A stretch of DNA of 64,000 bases from IMG/VR virus record IMGVR_UViG_3300045988_113168. One strand, given 5' to 3'. Each line of letters opens with the position of its first letter. The stretch's first letter is position 1. This document shows positions 24,032-29,620 of the stretch, one piece after another. Both the position numbers and the translations under genes were made by a program. The notes under the pieces are model-generated. The model did no database searches. It was not told the origin of the DNA and saw only the letters and a list, made by a program, of their open reading frames with translations. The DNA comes from a virus.

Positions 24032-26242
24032 ATGAGAACTTTGCTTCTTTTCCGTGGAGCACCAGGATGCGGGAAGTCCACCTATATTAAAGAGCATGAT
24101 CTGGAAAAGTATACGCTTAGTGCCGATACGATTCGCCTTATGTGTCAGGGTGGTCAGGAAACCCCGGCTGGCACAATGGAAATCTCTCCCCAGAACGATG
24201 ATGTTGTCTGGGATATGCTCTTTAAACTGTTGGAGGTTCGGATGTCTCACGGTGAATTTACCGTGATTGATGCAACGAACTCTAAAACTGTCGAAATCAA
24301 TCGCTATAAGAATCTTGCCAAGCAGTACAGGTACAGAATGTACATCATCGACATGACTGATTTGCCCATTAGTGAGTGTAAACGGCGTAATTCGCTTCGC
24401 ACTCTTCTGAAGAGAGTCCCGGATGCTGCCATTGATAAGATGTATGCACGATTCGCAACGCAGAAGATTCCGTCTGGTGTGACTGTACTCTCGTCAGATG
24501 TAAATATCCTTGAGAAATTGAACTATGTTCCGCAGGACTTTAACAACTGGAGCAAAATTCATATCATCGGTGATGTGCATGGGTGTTACAGTTGCTTGAA
24601 AGAGTATCTTGGCGACCTGAAGGATGATGAACTGTACATTTTTGTTGGCGATTATCTGGATCGTGGAATTGAAAATGTAGAGATGTTCAAGTTCCTTTGT
24701 GATGTTGTAGACAATAATCGGAAGAATGTGATCCTTTTGGAAGGAAATCACGAGCGTTGGCTGAACAAGTGGGGGCATGATGAACCGGTTCAGAGTGAAG
24801 AATTTGCAAACTACACTCGTCCGCAGCTCTTTAAAGCCGGTATTGACAAGAACACTGCTCGTAAGATCTATTCCAGAGTCGGCCAATGTGCCTACTTTGA
24901 GTATGATGGGAAACGGTATTTTGTGAGCCACGGTGGTTTGAGTTATCTGCCTTATTTTCTTCCTTTTGTATCTGCTGATCAGATGATTAAAGGCGTAGGT
25001 CGCTATCCTGATATGCTAACCGTGGCTGAGTCTTGGGAAAAATCGATGCCGGATAGCTGCATTCAGATCTTCGGTCATCGAAATGTGCAGGATGTTCCCA
25101 TTGATATGGGGCATCGGTGCTACAACCTCGAAGGAAAAATCGAGTTTGGTGGATATCTCCGTTGCGTGGAACTTGAACACGGTCAGTCAATCAAATGTGT
25201 AGAAACCAAGAACGATGTGTTCCGAAAAGAGGAGCCAAAGACTGAAACTGCCGTTGAAATGAAAACTGAGTTCGATAACGCAGAACTTGTTAGTAAGATG
25301 CGCAAAAGCAAATATGTGTTTGAGAAGCGATTCGGAGATATTTCTTCTTTCAACTTCTCTCGTGAAGCATTTTACAAGAAGCACTGGGATGAGGTTTCTA
25401 CCAAAGCAAGGGGATTGTTCATTAACACAAAGACGAATAAGATTGTAGCTCGAAGCTATGATAAGTTCTTTGCGGTTGATGAGCGGAATGAAACGAGAAT
25501 TGGAAACCTACAGAACACTTTGAAGTTCCCGGTGACTGCATATCTAAAAGAGAATGGATTTCTCGGTATCATTTCGTATGATGCAGAACAGGATGGTCTG
25601 TTCATTGCAAGTAAATCTACTCCTGAAGGGCCTTTTGCAGATATGTTCCGAAAGATTTTCATGGATACGACTTCTGATGAAGACCGTAAGAATCTAAAGG
25701 AAGTTGCAAAAGAGAATGGTTCCATCATTTTTGAGGTAATTGATCCTGTAAATGATGCTCATATCATCGAATACAAGACACCACATATTGTTTTGCTGGA
25801 TATTATTGCGAATGATATGAACTTCAGTGTGATGGATTACGATGATCTGAAGCGTGTTGCTGAAAAGTGTCATTTGCAGATTAAGGAGAAGGTTAAGATC
25901 TTTGAGAGCTGGAGTGAATTCTATCCTTGGTATGAAGAAGTCATGAATGAGAATTATCTGTACCATGGCATCGAGCATATTGAAGGTTTTGTTTTGAGAG
26001 ATAACAACAATTTTATGTTTAAGCTGAAGCTTCCTTATTATAAGCACTGGAAGTTCTTGCGTGGTGTTATGCAGAGCGTACAGAAGCGTGGCTATTACGA
26101 AAACACTGCCAAGCTGTTTACTGCTGAAGATAATTTATTCTATGGTTGGATGCGTGAACAACGAGAGAAAGAAAAAGAGTCTTTCTGCAAGAAGGGTATT
26201 ATTCAGTTACGGAATGAATTCTATGAGAATCGGCACGAATAA
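24032..26242 (+). CDS. Pnkp-type RNA repair enzyme: polynucleotide 5'-kinase / metallophosphatase / RNA-ligase-like adenylyltransferase fusion
   Basis: P-loop kinase GAPGCGKST at the N-terminus. Calcineurin-type phosphoesterase motifs GDVHGC, GDYLDRG and GNHE in the middle. Nucleotidyltransferase motifs I KENG, III FEVID, IV EGFVLRD and V FKLKLP in the C-terminal third. Same domain order as bacterial Pnkp. Confidence 0.75.
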   Translation: MRTLLLFRGAPGCGKSTYIKEHDLEKYTLSADTIRLMCQGGQETPAGTMEISPQNDDVVWDMLFKLLEVRMSHGEFTVIDATNSKTVEINRYKNLAKQYRYRMYIIDMTDLPISECKRRNSLRTLLKRVPDAAIDKMYARFATQKIPSGVTVLSSDVNILEKLNYVPQDFNNWSKIHIIGDVHGCYSCLKEYLGDLKDDELYIFVGDYLDRGIENVEMFKFLCDVVDNNRKNVILLEGNHERWLNKWGHDEPVQSEEFANYTRPQLFKAGIDKNTARKIYSRVGQCAYFEYDGKRYFVSHGGLSYLPYFLPFVSADQMIKGVGRYPDMLTVAESWEKSMPDSCIQIFGHRNVQDVPIDMGHRCYNLEGKIEFGGYLRCVELEHGQSIKCVETKNDVFRKEEPKTETAVEMKTEFDNAELVSKMRKSKYVFEKRFGDISSFNFSREAFYKKHWDEVSTKARGLFINTKTNKIVARSYDKFFAVDERNETRIGNLQNTLKFPVTAYLKENGFLGIISYDAEQDGLFIASKSTPEGPFADMFRKIFMDTTSDEDRKNLKEVAKENGSIIFEVIDPVNDAHIIEYKTPHIVLLDIIANDMNFSVMDYDDLKRVAEKCHLQIKEKVKIFESWSEFYPWYEEVMNENYLYHGIEHIEGFVLRDNNNFMFKLKLPYYKHWKFLRGVMQSVQKRGYYENTAKLFTAEDNLFYGWMREQREKEKESFCKKGIIQLRNEFYENRHE

Positions 26243-26308
26243 CTAAGATATTTTCTTCCTCCGAAAATGCCCTGCGCGGGGCTGACAGCCGGGAAAGACC
26301 GGCAATAT

Positions 26309-26387
26309 GGCCCTATGGCGGAACGAGGCATACGCAACAAGCTCAAACCTTGTAAAATTCTCAGTTCAAATCTGAGTAGGGCTACCA
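26309..26387 (+). tRNA. tRNA, anticodon CAA (Leu-type 5' half) but with short variable region, CCA encoded
   Basis: Hand-folded cloverleaf. Acceptor GGCCCTA/TAGGGCT, D arm GCG-12 nt-CGC (class II-like), anticodon arm ACAAG-CTCAAAC-CTTGT, 6-nt variable region, T arm CTCAG-TTCAAAT-CTGAG, A73, CCA. Confidence 0.6.
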
Positions 26388-26466
26388 ACCCATTTGCAGA
26401 TGGGTAAGTGCTAGAATATTGGCAAATCGGAAAGACGGTTGACTGCTGGACAGACAGCTTTGATAT

Positions 26467-26551
26467 GTCACTATGGCGAAATTGGCGAGACGCATCGGAC
26501 TTAAGTTCCGACGGTAGCGATACCATCTGGGTTCGACTCCCAGTAGTGACA
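26467..26551 (+). tRNA. tRNA-Leu(TAA)
   Basis: Acceptor GTCACTA/TAGTGAC, anticodon arm TCGGA-CTTAAGT-TCCGA, 15-nt variable arm, T arm CTGGG-TTCGACT-CCCAG, A73. No CCA encoded. Confidence 0.8.
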
Positions 26552-26558
26552 CTGATAT

Positions 26559-26634
26559 CCGGGTGTAGCTCAGTTGGAAGAGCGCGTGCTTTGGGAGCAT
26601 GAGGCCGCAGGATCGTGACCTGTCACTCGGACCA
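26559..26634 (+). tRNA. tRNA-Pro(TGG)
   Basis: Acceptor CCGGGTG/CACTCGG, D arm GCTC-AGTTGGAA-GAGC, anticodon loop TTTGGGA, T arm GCAGG-ATCGTGA-CCTGT (A54/T58), CCA encoded. Confidence 0.8.
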
Positions 26635-26666
26635 GCCCGAAAGGGCATGTAGAATTTTTCATTCAC

Positions 26667-26722
26667 ATTATTCCCAGCTCTCTGGAAACAGAGCAGTGTG
26701 GCGTAGCAAGCTGGGTAGATTA
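26667..26722 (+). ncRNA. conserved 56-nt structured element, copy 1 (immediately 5' of tRNA-Gln)
   Basis: ATTATTCCCAGCTC is identical to copy 2. Outer helix 26673-79/26709-15. Inner hairpin CTCTG-GAAA-CAGAG at 26680-93. Confidence 0.55.
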
Positions 26723-26794
26723 CGAGGATTAGCCAAGCGGATAAGGCAGTGGAATTTGACTCCACGACCGCAGGTTCGATTCCTGTATCCTCGA
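26723..26794 (+). tRNA. tRNA-Gln(TTG)
   Basis: Acceptor CGAGGAT/ATCCTCG, D arm GCCAAGCGGATAAGGC (typical of tRNA-Gln), anticodon loop ATTTGAC, T arm GCAGG-TTCGATT-CCTGT. Confidence 0.8.
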
Positions 26795-26801
26795 TTTATA
26801 T

Positions 26802-26886
26802 GCGGGTATGGTGTAACTGGCAGCCACGCGGATTTTAGGTGTCCGTGCCGAAAGGCGTGAGGGATCGTGCCCCTCTACCCGTACCA
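26802..26886 (+). tRNA. tRNA-Leu(TAG)
   Basis: Acceptor GCGGGTA/TACCCGT, anticodon arm CGGAT-TTTAGGT-GTCCG, 13-nt variable arm TGCCGAAAGGCGT, T arm GAGGG-ATCGTGC-CCCTC (A54/T58), CCA encoded. Confidence 0.8.
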
Positions 26887-26933
26887 CGGTCATAGAATGG
26901 TTGCGTACCGTTTGTTGATCTCCTTTGACCACT

Positions 26934-26989
26934 ATTATTCCCAGCTCGCTCGTAAGAGTGCAGTAGTGCTTTGTAAGCTGAGTGATTGT
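26934..26989 (+). ncRNA. conserved 56-nt structured element, copy 2 (immediately 5' of irregular tRNA-like element)
   Basis: Same length and same distance to the downstream cloverleaf as copy 1. Inner hairpin CGCTC-GTAA-GAGTG at 26947-60 carries compensatory changes. Confidence 0.55.
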
Positions 26990-27061
26990 GCAGTTATGGT
27001 GTAGTTGGTAAGCACGCTTGCTGATGAAGTAAGAGGATGAGTTCAAAACTCATTGACTGCA
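26990..27061 (+). tRNA. irregular tRNA-like element (anticodon loop TGATGAA, 3-nt variable region)
   Basis: Acceptor GCAGTTA/TGACTGC, D arm GTGT-AGTTGGTAA-GCAC and T arm ATGAG-TTCAAAA-CTCAT are good. However position 33 is G and the variable region is too short. The nominal anticodon is ATG. Confidence 0.35.
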
Positions 27062-27065
27062 AAAT

Positions 27066-27258
27066 ATGAAATCAGTTGTTCTAGCTCGTTCGTGGATTGG
27101 CCGTACATTGGCGACCGGAAAGACGTCATACCGGTAAAGGACGTCAAGCCAGACAAGAAGAGAAATAAGGTGTAAGCCGACTAGCTATCGGATAAATACT
27201 CTTCGGTTCGCCAGAAAACTAGAATGTAAAACGAATGGTTGGCTGTTTCTGATTTCAT
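27066..27258 (+). ncRNA. about 193-nt structured non-tRNA spacer RNA
   Basis: Closed by a perfect 10-bp helix (27066-75 ATGAAATCAG / 27249-58 CTGATTTCAT) and a second helix (27079-84 / 27219-24). Interleaved helices 27114-18/27131-35 and 27122-27/27140-45 look pseudoknot-like. Hairpin CCGA-CTAGCTA-TCGG. No convincing ORF or SD. Confidence 0.5.
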
Positions 27259-27264
27259 TTATAT

Positions 27265-27340
27265 GCGACTGTAGTTCAATTGGCAGAGCGTCAGATTTCC
27301 AATCTGAATGTTGCGGGATCGTGCCCCGTCAGTCGCTCCA
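27265..27340 (+). tRNA. tRNA-Gly(TCC)
   Basis: Acceptor GCGACTG/CAGTCGC, anticodon arm TCAGA-TTTCCAA-TCTGA, T arm GCGGG-ATCGTGC-CCCGT (A54/T58), U73, CCA encoded. Confidence 0.85.
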
Positions 27341-27471
27341 CACGCAGCCCCTTACGCTGCACCGGTTGCTCAGAGCCGAAAGAAACCTATATGTTACGAC
27401 ATGGTTGCCAAGAGTGATCATATTGGAACGCGACGTAGCTTGGATAGTGAGAATTAAATTCTGAGGTATAC

Positions 27472-27540
27472 TGCTGGATAGCTTAATGGTAAAAGCGCTC
27501 GGAAACGCCGAGAGATAAGGTTCGATTCCTTCACTGGCAT
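27472..27540 (+). tRNA. degenerate tRNA-like element (no usable anticodon loop)
   Basis: The D arm GCTT-AATGGTAA-AAGC and T loop GGTTCGATTCC are good. The anticodon arm is replaced by CTCGG-AAACG-CCGAG (5-nt loop) and the acceptor pairing is weak. Confidence 0.3.
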
Positions 27541-27567
27541 CACGCCGATGAAAGTCGGCGTTTGCAT

Positions 27568-27644
27568 GGGATAGTAGCTCAGTTGGTCAGAGCTGGCGGC
27601 TCATAACCGCTTGGTCGCGAGTTCAAATCTTGCCTGTCCCACCA
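27568..27644 (+). tRNA. tRNA with CAT anticodon (elongator Met or Ile2; not initiator-like)
   Basis: Acceptor GGGATAG/CTGTCCC with a paired 1-72, anticodon arm GGCGG-CTCATAA-CCGCT, T arm GCGAG-TTCAAAT-CTTGC, CCA encoded. Confidence 0.8.
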
Positions 27645-27748
27645 GCCCGATAGGGCATACATAAAATCTGCTAGAACTTTTGTTTTATAAGCGAATGAAT
27701 AATATGACGTTAATACGTCTATTATTTTTCGCTCATTTTTAAAGTTTT

Positions 27749-27768
27749 AGCTATATAATACAGGATAC
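27749..27768 (+). promoter_or_regulatory. conserved 20-mer AGCTATATAATACAGGATAC
   Basis: Identical to 46745-46764. Lies 18 nt upstream of the presumed start of the MTase-like gene. Confidence 0.55.
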
Positions 27769-27785
27769 AAAAAGGAGGAGTTGTA

Positions 27786-28478
27786 ATCTTACGAGTTCTA
27801 ATTGCCTGTGAAGAATCACAGGAAGTTTGTAAAGCATTTCGATTGCTTGGTCATGAAGCGTATTCTTGCGATATTCAACCTCCGTCCGGTGGTTGCCCAG
27901 AGTGGCATATTTTGGGTGACGCACTGGCAGCTCTACAGGGTGGGCAGATAGTCACAATGGATGGCACACAACACTATGTTGAGCAGTGGGATCTATTGAT
28001 TGCACATCCTCCGTGTACATATTTATCAAACGCTGGCGCACGATGGTTATGGGCTGGACACAAATTGAATCAAGAACGGTATCAACGAGGATTGGAAGCT
28101 AAGGAGTTTTTTATGGCGTTTTATAACGCACCGATCAAACACATTTGTGTTGAGAATCCAATTCCGAGTGCTGTTTATGAAATGCCAAAACCATCGCAGA
28201 TGATTCAGCCATATGAATTTTATGGTAAGGACCATCCATGGACAAAGAAGACCTGTTTATGGCTGAAAGGTCTTCCTAATCTGGCTCCGGTTGAAGCGGT
28301 TGAACCGAAGGGTCCGTATTGTCCGTGTGGAACTTCCGCTAATAAAGGTAATGTAAGAAATCGTGGCGCAGCTAAACGTGGTGAGGATGCAAAGAATAGG
28401 GCTAAGACCTTCCATGGGATTGCTCGTGCTTTTGCAGAACAGTTCTCAGAGTACATTGAAAATGAAGGAGATGAGTAA
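27786..28478 (+). CDS. C5-cytosine-methyltransferase-like protein (motif IV/VI-like), apparent ATC start
   Basis: AHPPCTYLSNAG resembles C5-MTase motif IV (PC..S.AG) and CVENP resembles motif VI (ENV). No glycine-rich motif I is seen. The frame is open only from 27759 and has no ATG/GTG/TTG before 27843. ATC 27786 lies 7 nt after GGAGG. Confidence 0.5.
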   Translation: MLRVLIACEESQEVCKAFRLLGHEAYSCDIQPPSGGCPEWHILGDALAALQGGQIVTMDGTQHYVEQWDLLIAHPPCTYLSNAGARWLWAGHKLNQERYQRGLEAKEFFMAFYNAPIKHICVENPIPSAVYEMPKPSQMIQPYEFYGKDHPWTKKTCLWLKGLPNLAPVEAVEPKGPYCPCGTSANKGNVRNRGAAKRGEDAKNRAKTFHGIARAFAEQFSEYIENEGDE

Positions 28479-29592
28479 AAATTTGGTCTCAAACATCAAG
28501 ACTTTTAATCCATTAAATGTGTCCAGTAAGTTCGCCATATGCGGACTTCCCATCAGAATAGACTCATACAAGACCTGCTCTTTTGGTTGTAAATACTGTT
28601 TTGCAGAAAACCGAAAGATAATGGAGTACGACAAACACATACAGATCGGAAACGTAAGACAAGTAAAACAAAAGTTACATAGGATTTTTGATGAACGAAC
28701 TGTTGATGCCACAAAACTTCTTGATGTTTTGATTGCAGATGGAATTACGTGGCATTGCGGAGGAATGAGTGACCCATTCCAGCCATGCGAGCAAAAGTAT
28801 CATATTACAAAGCAAATTGTCGATATAGCGAATGAATATAATGTGAGTATTTTATTCTCGACAAAAAGCAATTGTTTGTATGGTGCCGATGTTAAACCTG
28901 ACCTACATACATTTCAATTGAGCGTTAGCAATGTTGATGACAGGCGAGATATCGAGCCAAATGTACCAAGTATCGCTGAGAGATATAGATTCTTTTGTGA
29001 TTTAAAGAATGCTGGATTTAGAGTTGGTATCCGAATCCAACCTTTCATCCCTAATGTTTCTACATTAAAAATTGTAGAGATGTTCAAGGACGCAGACCAG
29101 TTTACAATCGAAGGCGTGAAAATCGTACCACAGAATAAAGAGTGTAAGGAATTTATTTTGGAGCACTTGGGCTTAAATCGATGCGATTTTACCCAAATGG
29201 GGTTACTGAATCTAAAACCAGAGGTTCGGCTGCAGCTCTATAAGCCGTTTATTGATTATTTCAAGCAGAATGATATTCCTTATTCGATTGCAGACAATGA
29301 CTTGCGCTGGATTGGAAATAACAAATGTTGCTGTGGAGATAGGCTAGTAAAGAAAAGCACGAATTTTAATACCACTCGTATGATTATGGATTATGGTATC
29401 GACTACAGCAAAGAACAGCTTGACGAAGAACTTGGATGTTCTGGGTGTGGAGATTGTAAATGCAATAATCTTTTTACGTCTAATAGACAAGAAGGCTGTA
29501 TTACCGTCAGTGACTTCTATGGTAAAAGGTTTGAGCGAAAGTCTAGTCCGTTCTCACCGAAGTTTCAGTACATTTCTGAAACAATCTCATAA
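28471..29592 (+). CDS. radical SAM protein, SplB / DNA-photolyase-like family
   Basis: CSFGCKYC (CxxxCxxC), GGMSDPFQPCE and ILFSTKS fit the COG1533-type pattern. It overlaps the upstream gene by 8 nt. The start could also be 28462 or 28483. Confidence 0.7.
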   Translation: MSKNLVSNIKTFNPLNVSSKFAICGLPIRIDSYKTCSFGCKYCFAENRKIMEYDKHIQIGNVRQVKQKLHRIFDERTVDATKLLDVLIADGITWHCGGMSDPFQPCEQKYHITKQIVDIANEYNVSILFSTKSNCLYGADVKPDLHTFQLSVSNVDDRRDIEPNVPSIAERYRFFCDLKNAGFRVGIRIQPFIPNVSTLKIVEMFKDADQFTIEGVKIVPQNKECKEFILEHLGLNRCDFTQMGLLNLKPEVRLQLYKPFIDYFKQNDIPYSIADNDLRWIGNNKCCCGDRLVKKSTNFNTTRMIMDYGIDYSKEQLDEELGCSGCGDCKCNNLFTSNRQEGCITVSDFYGKRFERKSSPFSPKFQYISETIS

Positions 29593-29620
29593 AAGGCTAA
29601 TTCAAATAAGAGGTGACACG

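Noticed and set aside
27021-27027. A CTGATGA hammerhead-core-like heptamer, with GAAA about 40 nt downstream.
   Set aside because: The heptamer is the anticodon-loop region of a cloverleaf. No stem II closed by G-C follows it, and the required GAAA and stem III geometry is not present.
26221-27046. Three overlapping minus-strand ORFs (26221..26526, 26382..26765, 26729..27046) and the + strand ORFs 26408..26602 and 26615..26860.
   Set aside because: They run through well-folding tRNA genes and structured spacers. They have no SD and an odd composition. The region is an RNA operon.
27066-27137. A 23-codon ORF (MKSVVLARSWIGRTLATGKTSYR) at the start of the 193-nt spacer.
   Set aside because: It has no SD. 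It begins 5 nt after a tRNA 3' end, and its sequence is engaged in the long-range helices. It is more likely non-coding.
26412-27225. The hexamer TAGAAT occurs four times in the tRNA operon (26412, 26650, 26893, 27220), suggesting possible internal -10 boxes.
   Set aside because: Only the first has a TGn extension, and none has a -35 at 16-18 nt. One copy is part of a predicted helix (27219-24). The enrichment is noted, but the promoter interpretation is unsupported.
26243-27700. A search for an amber-suppressor tRNA (CTA anticodon) in the tRNA region.
   Set aside because: Every occurrence of CTA was inspected. None sits at positions 34-36 of a 7-nt loop on a 5-bp stem within a cloverleaf. 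Anticodon TAG at 26802..26886 reads CUA (Leu), not the UAG stop.
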